Positions 24,380 to 37,000 of a stretch of 64,000 nt of DNA are shown in pieces (the stretch's first letter is position 1; each line of letters starts with the position of its first letter). The notes beneath the pieces were generated by a model. The model made no database searches. It was given only the letters and a program-made list of their open reading frames with translations, and had not been told where the DNA came from. A program made the translations under genes and the position numbers. Source of the stretch: Isurus oxyrinchus (lineage: Eukaryota); assembly GCA_026770705.1 (NCBI GenBank), contig JANJGN010000150.1, positions 434,001 to 498,000 of the forward strand, written 5' to 3'.

Positions 24380-24525
24380 TTACCCACTTCCTCATTTTGT
24401 CTCACAGTGACACATCCACCCTTTCTAATTAAATACACAGAGGGAGCAGCACAGGAAGAGGTCATTCAGCCCAAGCAGAGCGTGTGGGCAGTTCCTCCCC
24501 AGGCGAGCAGTCGGACATGTCCTGG
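24380..24525 (+). promoter_or_regulatory. Putative promoter and non-coding exon 1 of gene B
   Basis: CACTTCCTC (PU.1/ETS-like on the minus strand) and donor CTGG|GTAAGT at 24526; paralog of 7740-7903. Confidence 0.5.
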
Positions 24526-24974
24526 GTAAGTAACGGAACGATTAGAATTCACTTCCACCACCAACACCGTCCTTTGTTGATGTTGTGACTTTATAAAGAC
24601 AGATCCAATGATTGATGCATTTGAAAGATTTCTACTGGTTATTGAGATCTGGGTGTGAGACTCAAGTCTGTTGTACAGAACATCTTTCTAGCTCAAGGGA
24701 TGAGGGAAGTGCAGAGACATGAGCTTTGGGACGTCTTGAGGTGGTGAAAGGTGCTATAGAAATGCAAATCCTTCAATGTTTTTCTTTCTTAAAGCCTTGT
24801 AACTCTCTGCAGAGCACCTATCATCCCACAGAGAATCAAATTACTCTGTAAAGACATTGTCCAAAAACAGTTCTGATCTCTTGAGAGCTGTCGGACAAGA
24901 GGTGAGGTCTCATTAACTCCTTTCTCTTTCAGAGTTTGAGAGTCAGAAGCTTATGAAATATCTGGGAGTGGACA

Positions 24975-25014
24975 ATGATCGGGAAATCCTACTTCCTCCT
25001 GTCACTTCTCCAAG
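24975..25014 (+). CDS. Gene B signal-peptide exon
   Basis: MIGKSYFLLSLLQ, then G|GTAATA. Confidence 0.85.
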
Positions 25015-28000
25015 GTAATAACATCGTCAGCTCGGACTGGTTTATGGCTAATAGTCTTTGTAAAAGATCATTCTTATTGAGTGTGATTGGGAACCGATTC
25101 AGCAGTGAGCCAGTGCACAAACTCACACCAAGTCCCATTCACCCATCACCCCTGTGCTCACTGATATACACTGACTCCCTGTCTGACAGCAGAATTGGAG
25201 GAGAGCAGAGATCTCAGAGGGTTTTAGGGTTGGAGGAGGTTACAGGGATCGGGAGTGTAGAGGGGGGATGGTGGGGTAAGAAATCGATGATGAGAATTTG
25301 AAATTTGAGTCATTGCTGGACTGGGAGCCAGTGTAGTTCAGCCAGTGACAGGGGAGCGATCAGCTGAATAGAGAATCAGGAATACCAACTGGGGGATGAA
25401 GTCTATCCTGATGCTGGGACTCGGATAACAATGCCCTGAAATTTTGTGTCTTTTGCTGATTTTGTCAGAATTGCCCATGAAGACAACACAGCAGCTCCTA
25501 GAATAGACAGGCTGTTCAGTGTCACACTTCCTGTCCATTCTCACCATGCTAGATACTTCAATAAGGGAGCAAGATAACTGAAAGAGGGAAGGAAGGTAAA
25601 GCTGTCTGTGTGTAAAACTGTCAAATATTCTGAGTTATCATGATTGTCTCTGATCTGCTGCAGAGTTTAAAGTTCTCAGAACATTAGCACTTTGCAGCTC
25701 AGAGAGAGACCATTGACTCACTGCCTGAAAGGGCGGTGGCAGCAGATTCAACAGGAACTTTCAGAAAGGGAACTAGATAAGTACTTGAAGGAGACATTTT
25801 GCAGGGCTGTGGAGGAGAGAGCAGAGGTTAGAATGGGACTAATTGGACAGATTTTTCAAAGGCCCAGCACAGGCTCGATGGGCCAAATGGCATCCTTCTG
25901 TTCCGGATCATTCTACAATCTGATAAATTAAGCCCCACATCAGTAACTCTTCAGGCTCCTGCTGCAGGGATGGATCTTTGAGAAGGACAGGGAACAAGAG
26001 GTTCCTGGTATCATTTTCATATTTCTTGACAATTACATAAGTGTATAGATCTGTTGAATATTTGAGTCTCTAAAGCGTAGAGGTAATCTGCTGTTATGTC
26101 GAGATCTTGTGGTGGCAAAATTGTCTGGAGGTTTCTTTAATTGCTCACATTGATCTGTGGGATTGTCATTCTTCGATGTTGTCCCTGGTTTCAACTGACA
26201 TTACACCCTTGATGCAATTGAGGAGGCTTTAAACTAATATGGCAGGGGATGGGATCCCGAGAGGAGGTTCAACAGAGAGAGATGCACAGCCAAAATTAGA
26301 AGAGAGACCAAATGAACCTGGAAGGCATAGAAATTATTGGCCATTTAAGGCTCAAGATAGCGTGGCAAAGTTGGATTGTATTAATTTTAATGCAAGGAGT
26401 CTGACAGACTTGCATTCTCCTGCAGGTGTAATGTTGCAGCTCCCTTGAAACTGCCAATATTGTTGAATCTTTCTGCATATTTCAATGTTATGTCATGCAC
26501 TGAGCTGATGGGATAGTTTCTGAGACTGGGACAGACGTAAATCCATTGGTTTTCGGCCGGACCGGACAATCATGGAAGTGGGTGGGGCCAGAAAATCCCA
26601 CCCCTATGGGAACATTTTCAGTTTATTTGATGTGCCCAGAGAGATCAATAAAGACCACAATCCACAATTTATTGGCAAGCCACGTCAGGATATGTGTGAG
26701 AGGTGGAATATCGATCACCGCTCCTAGTCTCGTCGTGTACATCATCGCCATTTCCTGGTTTGTCAGTCACCACATGTATATGTTCCTGATGGGATAGCGG
26801 ATGGTCATTCTTATTGCTTGAAGGTTCCCCGTTGTGCAGGGTTTGTTTGGATCAGCGCACGGCTCTTTGTAGCTGCATCAGCCTTTGCTCTAGTGCCCTG
26901 CCGCTGTCAATGGCCCTTTCTGCCCCAAGCCTTGCAGTATTGGTGGAAAGCTGGGCATTTCCTTGGTGTCCGCAGAAGGCCACACCTTCCACACGTCTCA
27001 CTAGGTTTGGATGTTCTAGTGAGTGTGTCAACAATTGATGTTGTACTGAGGACCTATAAGCTTCGTTGACCTGCGAGGATCACTTCGTATTTATGTCCAT
27101 CCTAGAGTAGCTCTTCAATGCTATAGGTTTTGGTCTTATCTAGCAGATCTTTCTGGAAGGCTTCCATGGGAGTGGATGCGATCACCAACTCAACAACTGT
27201 GTCTGCAGGCTCTGTGTTTGAAATCACAGTGCGTACCCTTTTCTCTACATCGGCTGATGAAGTGGTCTATGGATTGTGTAGGCTGATGAAATGACATAAA
27301 CTCTAGTTGATGAATATGGAGTTTCACCTGATTCTGAACCAGTCTTCCAATGTCGTCCATATCTATTGGGGATCCTTTCGCTCTTCTGCTGTTAATCCTG
27401 ACGTGTTCAGCCTGTGTAGACCTTCATTCCCAATCGCGAGGTGAATTTTTATGGGTGGTTCGTCTGGTTCAGTCACACCTGAATCAGGAAACCAGAGCTC
27501 TGTACGCTGTTTAAACATTCTGAATTCAGATAGTCGGTCAGCTACATCCCAGTTCAAACTGGGGAATTTCGTGGACATTCTGACAATATTCCTTTGACGT
27601 TCCTTCTTCTACAGGACCTGGGATGAGTGTCGCTTTAGCCCCTTTTGTGCGCTTTTCTGAAGCTCCGCCCACGGAGACGGGTTGTGGCAGGAACACACCA
27701 CGGAGTAATGGAGTCTTTGTTTTTTATTCAATTTGCTGTTCATCAATCTCAAAGCCGCCCATTATAATCACTAACTTCTCTGGGCTGATTTTTATAATGG
27801 TTTTTGTGTGTTTGAATCTCCCTCGCTCACTATCAATCCAGCCCACACCCTGGTCACTCGTCTTCCGTGACTGAGCTAACCCGCTGCTGGTCCTGGCAAT
27901 ACACACTGTCCCACTCACTGACCTACAGGCCGTGTGCTGTAATCTCACCACGAGGGATCCGTCTGCTCCCCAGCTCTTTACTTGAGCTCTTTCCCGTCAC

Positions 28001-31000
28001 TGTGTCTTCAAAGGTTTCCTGAGCAGTCAGTACACTGCGATTTCAACCCTCTCTGATGCTGTGTCTCTGTTGTGGTCTGACCAAAGCGTCGAGGGTCGTC
28101 TCATGCCATGTAGTTCGATCTAAGGCTGTTCACCATGTCATACCTGTACTGAATCTTGCTGCCAGAATGTTTGGCCACCGCTGATCACCATGTTGTGTTT
28201 TTCTAATGATATAAAGGCACCAGCCACTGATACGGAATTGGGTAAATACATTGTGGGTTCAGTTATTTAGAACAGGGACATGAGAACAGATATACAAGGA
28301 TAGAAAGCTGGGAGACACCTGCGGCCAAACTGTGTGAGCTGTGTTCTGCTCACAGGCCAAAGTGAAACTTGGACTGGATGGTGTTATCATCCCAGCTGAT
28401 GTTACTGCTGGGCAAGTCAGATCCCAGGGTGGAACTCAGCTTGATAGGTCCTAACTTTTATTTTTTATTTAGGAATGTGGAGTGCGGCTACTGAACAGAG
28501 TCACAGGAGTCATCTGTTGATCTTCTAACAAAAGAATAAAACATTTATTAAACTAGGAAAGACAAACTATATTACATTACACCTTCACCCAGATCTATAC
28601 CTTTGCAGATTCATAAGTAGAACACAAGTTACAATAACTATCTTATATTCTCATGTTCACCCTAAGTGCACTTTCGATATAAACCAATAGACGACCTGTG
28701 GTCAGGGACACCACATTCTGAAAGCAAGTGGCAGAGCCCACTTGAAACAATATCTATGTCTCATCTGTCCCCAGACGCTTGTTACACTGTGAGCCAACCA
28801 GTCTCACTGAAAAGCTTCTTTCATATGAGAGTTTCCAATCTCCACTCTCCAAGAACTCACTTTGGAATCTTCTCCAACATGACACTTTCACTCAGACACC
28901 TTCCACAAGGGTCCACTTTCACTATTTCAAACTCTCCTTCCCATGTTCCTGCCCCCTGGATCGCCACGTGCATTCAGCCTTCCTTCCACGCCCTGTCTCT
29001 CCAATGCTCAGCCGTGTCAATGGAACACCATGGCTTCACATGGCCGTAGTAATGAGTCACCAACCTGTGGTGTCTCCTAGGATCTTCTGGCTTCTCGCAA
29101 GCCTATTTTGCTTTAGGCAAAACAAAATCAGCAAGTTAACCCAATGTCCCGGACAGTGGAATTCCAAATGCATTGTCCCAACTTCAGTTCTGTTGGATAG
29201 CAGGCTTCTGTACAAACAGGGTCCTGAGGACCATGAACCAATGTAGAATGAACTTTTCCACTTTTGTGTCCAGGATTCTCTTCCATCTGGTGTGATACCT
29301 TGTGGAGTTCATTGTGTGTCCTGTAGATGGTCCACACTGCAGCCACTGTGCCCGAGTGATGGAGGGGGTGGATATCGAGTCTAGTGGATCAACAAAACAT
29401 CCAGAGTTAAATATTGATATTTCTCTCCCCAGTTGGATTGTCACAAGAGTGGAAAGGTGACACTCCACGAGAGGTGACAGCGCAGGAAGGTTCGTGTGTA
29501 CAGATTCCATGTCATTACAGTTATCCATCAGATTTGGTAAAGAAACCACATGTCGGAATCTGGAAAATGAGAAGCTACATACGGAACAAATGGTCTAAAT
29601 GGTCTACAGCCTTTCACTCCAAGGGTCACAGTCACGAGTTACCACGGTTCCGCCATCGGACCCGGCTGTCTGGAGACCTGAAAGATGGCGACTGTTCCCT
29701 GATTATAAACAACATCAGACGGGAAGATGCAGGACCTTATTTTTTCACGATAAAATTTGGCAATCGTCCGAGCCATAACTATTACCCTGTAACCCAGCTT
29801 CAGGTTTCTGGTAAGTGCTGTGTTATAATTACTCAACAATTCACATCCAACACTCAATGGGAAATAATAGTGTTTGATTTGCTTGTTTTTTGGCCGTGTT
29901 AACCTGCGTCACTATTTTTAATGATTTGTCTATTTCTGCTCCCAGATCCATGAGCTTATTGTGTGTGATTGAATCCACATCATAGCTGTAATGTAAACCG
30001 AGCTGAGGGGTGATGACACCTCCCCCCTGAGTGAAGTATCTCCTCCCCACTACACCTTCCACCCCTCACACTGTCCGTGTAAACCCCCGTCCCATCTCCA
30101 GCCTCTCTTTCCCCTCCAAAGTCCTTGAACGTGTTTCCATCTCCCGAATCCGTTCCCATCTTTCCCGGATCTCCATGTTTGAATCCCTCCAATCAGGTTC
30201 CCACCCCAGCCACTGTGCTGAAACAGCTCCTATCAAGGTCAGAAATGGCATCCTGTGTGACTGTGACAAAGGTCAACTTTCCCTCCTCGTCCTTCTCGAT
30301 CTGTCTGCAGCCTTTGACACGCTCGACCACACCATCCTCCTCAAACACCTGTCCACTGTCGTCCAGCTGGGTGGGACTGCTCTCCCCTGGCTCCATTCTT
30401 ATCCATCTCATCGTAGCCAGAGAATCACTTGCAATGGCTTTGCAGCATCATCTGAACAGTGTTAGTTTTCACCTGTCCACTGAGGATCCCCAGCTCTACC
30501 TCACCACCACCTCTCTCGACTCCGCCACTGCTGCTAAATTATCAGGCTGCTTATCCGACATCCAGTACTGGATGGGCAGAAATTCCCTCCAATTAAATAT
30601 TGGAAAGACTGAAGCCATTGTCTTCATTCCCTGCTCCAAACTCTGTTCCCTCGCTACCAACTCCATTCCTCTCCCTGGCAGCTCTCTGAGATTGAAGCCA
30701 ATCTGTTCACAGCTTTGTTGTCCCATTTGATCCTGAGATGAGCTTCCGGCCTCATATCTGCGCCCTCACTAACACCGTCTATTTCCACCTCCGTAACATT
30801 GTACGACGTCACCCTGTCTCAGCTCATCTGCTGCTGAAACCCTCATCCACGCCTTCATTACCTCCAGACTCGACTGTTCCAACACACGCTCTACACTCCA
30901 TAAACTTGAGGCCATCCAAAACTGCTGACCACATCCTTACTCACACCAAGTCCCGAGACTGGTTCCTGGTCAAGCAAAGTCTCAATGTCCAAATTTTTGA

Positions 31001-34000
31001 ATATTTTTCCTCCCTATTACAGTAATCTCCTCCTCTTCCTTCATCCACGGCAACATTCCCTATCTCAGGAGTCTCCTCCTGTCCCTACAACCCTCCCTAT
31101 CTCAGGAGCCTCCTCCAGTCCCTACAACCCTCCCTATTTCAGGAGCCTCCTCCAGTCCCGACAACCCTCCCTATCTCAGGAGCCTCCTCCAGTCCCTACA
31201 ACCCTCCCTATTTCAGGAGCCTCCTCCAGTCCCTACAACCCTCCCTATCTCAGGAGCCTCTTCCAGTCCCTACAACCCTCCCTATCTCAGGAGCCTCCTC
31301 CAGTCCCTACAACCCTCCCTATCTCAGGAGCCTCCTCCAGTCCCTACAACCCTCCCTATCTCAGGAGACTCCTCCAGTCTCTACAACCCTCCTATCTCAG
31401 TACCTTCTTCCAATCCTGAAAACCATTCCTATCACTGCAAACTCCTCCGGACCCAACACCCCTCCCTATCTCTTTAACCTCCTCAAGCCCCGATAACCCT
31501 CGCGATATTTGTAGCCTCCTTCAGTCCTAACAACCTCCCCTATCTCTGCAACCTCCTCCAGACCGAATACCTCTCCCTATCTCTGTAAGCTGCTCCATCT
31601 CTTACAACCCTTCATATTTCTGTAACCTCATCCAGCCCACTACAACCCTCCCTATCTCTGTAACCTCCTCCAGTCCTTAAAAGCTTCCATTATCTCTGTA
31701 ACCTCCTCCAGCCATTATAACCCTCCCTATCTGTAGCCTCCCTGAGCCCCAGCCACACTCCATATCTATGTAACCTCGTCCTGCCCCTACAACCCTTCCT
31801 ATCTCTGTAACCCCATCCTGCCCCAAAAACTCCCCCATCTCTGTAAACCCCTCCAGTCCCTGCAACCTTCCCTACCTCTGAAACCTCCACCAGCCTTTCC
31901 AACCCTCCCTACCTCTGCAATCCGTCCAGGCCCTACAACTCTTCCTATCCCTGTAAACTCCTCCTGCCCCTAAAACCCTCTCTGCTCTTGCAGCCTCCTC
32001 CAGTCCCTACACGCTCCCCATCTCCATAAACTCCTCAAGTCCCTACAGCCCTCCCTATCTCTGCAACCTCCTCCAGGTCCTACCACCCTCCCTATCTGCG
32101 TAACCTCCTCCAGCATCTACAGCCCTCCCTATCTCTGTTACCTCCTCCAGCCCCCACAAACCTCCCTATCTGTGTAAGCTCCTCCAGCCCCTGATGGAAG
32201 GTGGGTTGAGCGGGTCAGTCACTTGCATGTTTATTCTGCAGCTTTAATATTTTAAGATGGTAAGAATGTAGGAACATAAGAAATAGGGACAGGAGCAGGC
32301 CATTCGGCCCCTCGAGCCTGCTCTCACTGATCTGGTTGTGGCCTTAACTCCATTTTCCTGCCTGTCCCCCAAACCCTTGACTCCCTTGTCGATCAAAAAC
32401 CTGCCTCACTCAGCCTTGAGTCTATTCAATGGCCCAGCTTCCACTGCTCTCTGGGGAAGAGAATTCCACAGGCTAGCGCCCCTCTGAGAGAGGAAATTCC
32501 TCCTCATCTCAGTCTTAAATGGGAGAGCCCTCATTCCGAAACTGTGCTCCCTGGTTCTAGATTCCCCCACGAGGGGGAAACATCCTCCCAGTATCCACCC
32601 TGTCAAGCCCCCTCGGAATCGGATATGTTTCAATAAGGTCACCCCTCATTCTTCTAAACTCCAATGGATACAGGCCCAACCTGCTCAACATTTCCTCACA
32701 GGACAAACCCTTTAATCCCAGGAATCAGCCCAGTGAACCTCCTCTGGACTGCGTTCAATGCAACTCTATCCCTCCATAAGTAAGGAGACCAGAACTGTAC
32801 ACACTGCTCCTGATACAATCTCACCCTGTGCAGCTGTTGCAAGACTTCCCTCCTTTTATACTCCATCCCTTTGCAATAAAGGCCAACATTCCACTTGCCT
32901 TCCTCATTCCGTGGTGTTCCTGAATGCTGACTTTCTGTGATTCATGTACAAGGACACCCAGATCCCTCTGTACTGCATTCTGCATCATGTCTCCATTTAA
33001 ATAATATCCTGTTTTTCTATTCTTCCTGCCAAAATAATTTGTTGCCATTCTCCTCAGTATTGACCATCCCCCCAATTCAGCCTCATCAGTAAATTTTGAG
33101 TCTAGTGGATCCACAAACCATCCAGAGTTAAATATTGATATTTCTCTCCCCAGCTGAACCCTCACAAGAGTGGAAAGGTGACACTCCACGAGAGGTGACA
33201 GCGCAGGAAGGTTCGTGTGTACAGATTCCATGTCATTACAGTTATCCATCGTGTCTGGAAAACCAAACGCGACGTGGAGTCTGGTTTAATAATGAGAAAG
33301 AGATTCCCTGGGCTCCCATTGCCTTTCACTCCAAGGATCACAGTCACGAGTTACCACGGTTCCACCATCGGACCCGGCTGTCTGGAGACCTGAAAGATGG
33401 CGACTGTTCCCTGATTATAAACAACATCAGACGGGAAGATGCAGGACCTTATTTTTTCAGAATAGAATTTGACAATGGTCCGAGCTATAACTATTACCCT
33501 GTAACCCAGCTTCACGTTTCTGGTAAGTGCTGTGTTATAATTACTCAACAATTCACATTCAACACTCAATGGGAAATAACACAAACTGTGACGTTTACAT
33601 ATTAACACAAAACACAGCTTATTATAACACACTGTCTGATTCTCAATAACCTGGTGATAGCTTCCAGTTCAGTCCTAAAACAACCTCTAATACCACTTTA
33701 ATATCAATGATTAAATGTATTGACTGTGTCCATCAATGTTATCAGGTTATCCACTTACATCAATCTCCCTAATCCTGTTTAAAACTTTTACATATCAACA
33801 AAAGAAAGATTTGCATTTCTATAGCACCTTTCACCACCTCTGGACGTCGCAAATGGATTCACAACCATTGAAATAATTCTTGAAATGTAGCCCTTGTTGT
33901 AATCTGGGAAACACAGCAGCCAATTTGTGCACAGGAAGCTCCCAGAAACAGCAATGTGATCAATAACCTGATCGTCTGCTTTAAATGCCGGTTCAGTGAT

Positions 34001-37000
34001 TGGTTCAAATGGATTCTCTCCTGCTGGGAACTGGATAGAATTTAAATCTGGCAGATTTCGGAGAAAGTAACAAGCCAGTGTGTCAGGAACTGTGAGCTGA
34101 TCCCCCACCCTCACCCGGGATTGTCAATTCAATTGTCTCAAAGTGGAAGTGAATTCATCTGAGTGACAGAAACTCCACTAAGTCTGAAAACAGGAAATTC
34201 TCTCCTGATCATTGTAATCTCTCAGTTCTGATATCATCCTTGTAAAAGTGCTTTCTCTTGTGGGACTGTGATTTCTATTTGAACTGATGCTTCACGTTAT
34301 ATTTCTCTAAAAGGATCCATTCTCTGTGTGTTAGATTTCACAGATAAACCCATGATATTCCCTGCTGAAATTATTGCAGGAAAGCGTGTGGATGTAAGCT
34401 GCACCTTCAACACAACGTGCAATGGAACAGCAGCACCTGTCTTAACCTGGGACACTCTCACTGACGTACCTGGATCAATCTCAAACACTGTAACTCAGCA
34501 TGGTGTCACTCTGACCTATACTTCTGTTCTGACCCTGATCCCATCACTCAAACACCACGGACACACTCTTAGCTGCAGAGTGAGATATCCATCTGTTTCA
34601 TCGGAGCAGACCCTTATGCTAACTGTAAAATGTAAGTATGGATTCCCTTCATTCTATATTAGCTGTAATAGGATACAATGTGCAGAGCAAGATCCCACAA
34701 ACATCACTGGGTTGAAGACAAAACAGGTCCTTTTTTATTAGTGATATTGACCAGGGAGAGCTCTTCCTGTATTGAGCCTTGGGATTGTTTATGCCTACCT
34801 GATAGGGCAGAGGGGGCCAAGGTTGAACTTAAAAGACAATATAGGATAATATAAATATTGTCTTCATTGATGTCAAAGATTTTGGGGGAGATGTAGTATA
34901 AAAGTTTAATATTAACAATGTAAATAGATAGTATTTATCATCAGTTACTCAAGGTCACATGAGAATAGAACACGGAGAGAGATAGTTCTATAGATACCTA
35001 GGTACATAGAAACTAGGAGCACGATTAGGACATTCAGCCCTTCAAGCCTTCTCCGCCATTCAATATGATCAAGGCTGACCCTCTATCTCAAAGCCTTATT
35101 CCCGCTTTCTCTCCGTACCCTTTGATGCCCCTAATATCAAAATATTTATCAGTTTCTTTCTTGAATACACTCAGTGACCCGGCCTCCACAGCCTCTGTGA
35201 TGGAGAATTCCACAGATTGACCACCCTCTGAGTGAAGAAATGTTTCCCTATCTCAGTCCAAAATGGCCTGCCCTGTATCCTGAGATTGTCGCCCTTGGTT
35301 TTAGACTCCCCAACCAAGGGATGCATCCTCCCTCCATCCAGTCTGTCTATCTCTGTTAGAATTTCTTACGTTTATTCAGGTCTCCTCTCATTCTTCTAAA
35401 CTCTAGTGAATACAGACCCAGTCGTACCAATTCTCCTCATACGACAGTCCTGCCGCCCCTGGTATCAGCCTAGAGAACCTTCTCTGCGCTCTCTCGACGG
35501 CAAGTCTATCCTTTTTTAGGGAGGGAGAGCAAAACGGCACGTAGTATCCCATGTGCAGTCTCACCAAGACCTTGTATAACTGCAGTAAGACATCCCTACT
35601 CCTGAACACAAATCCTCTTGCAATGAAGGCCAACATACCATTTGCCTTCCGAATTACTTGCTGCACCTGCCTGTTTACTTTCATTGGCTAGTGCACAAGG
35701 ACACCCAGATCCCTTTATACATCCACATTTCCCATTATATCACCATTTAAATAATACTCTGCCTTTCTGTTTTTCACACCAAAGCCTACAATGTCACATT
35801 CATCCACATCATCTGCCATGTGTTTGCCCACACACACAACTTGTCTAAATCGCCTTGAAGCCTCTTTGCATCCTCCTCACAGCTCACACCCTTACCCAGC
35901 GTTGTGTCATCAGAAAACCTGGAAATATTGCACTTGGCTCCCTCACCCAAGTCATTTAAATATATCGTGAATAGTTAGGTCCCAAGCACGGATCCCTGTG
36001 GTATACCACTAGTCACCGCCTGCCACTCAGATAAAGACTAATTTATTCTGACCCTCTGTTTCCTGTCTGTCGACCAATTCTCAATCCATGCCAGTAAATT
36101 ACCCCCAATCCCATGGGCTTTAATGTTGCCCACTAGCCTCTTATGTGGGACCTTATCAAAAGCCTTCTTGAAATCTAAAAACACCACATCCACTTATCTA
36201 TTCCACAAGTTACATCCTCAAAATCTCCAGTAGATTAGTTAAGCATGATTTTCCTTTCATTAACCCATGCTGACTTTGTCTAATCCCATTAAGGCTTTCC
36301 AAGCGTTCCATTAGCACACCTTATATAATAGGCTCTAGCGTTTTCCCCATGTTAGACTAACTGGTCTGTAATTCCCAGTTTTTTTCTCTCCCTTCTATTT
36401 TAAATAGTGGGGTTACAATTGCCACTCTCCAATCTATAGGAACTGCTCCAGAGCCTATAGAATTTTGGAGGATGACCACCAGTGCTTCCAATATTTCCAG
36501 GGTCACTTCCGTTAGTCTCTGGGATGTAGATTTTCAGGCCCTGGGGACTGTTCAACCTTTAACCCATTAATTTCTCCAGCTCCATTTTTTAAAACTAATC
36601 CTGATTATCTTCAATTCCTCCCTCTCACTAGACACTTGGTTCCCTAACATTCCTGGGAAATTATTTGTGTCCTCTTTTGTGAAGACAGAACCAAAATATA
36701 TGTTCAGTTCTTCTGCCATTTCTTTGTTTCTCATTAGAATTTCCCCCATTTCTGACTGCAAGGAACCTACATCGGTCACTGCTAATCTTCCTCTCTTCAC
36801 ATATTTATAGAAGCTTTTACAGTCGGTTTTTACGTTCCCTGCAAGTTTACTCCCATGTTCCATTTTCCCCTTCTTGATCAATCTTTTTGTCCACTTTTGC
36901 TGAATTCTAAACTGCTCCCAATCCTCAGCATTGCTGCTTCCCCTGGCAATTTTATGTCTCCTCTCTGGATCTAATACTATCCCTAATTTCTTTTGTAAGC

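Noticed and set aside
9929-33522. Rearranging Ig/TCR/IgNAR V segments
   Set aside because: The V exons end in splice donors, I found no heptamer-spacer-nonamer RSS next to them, and they have the Siglec Cys pattern (CxxIPC, CSL, FR) rather than the canonical YYC.
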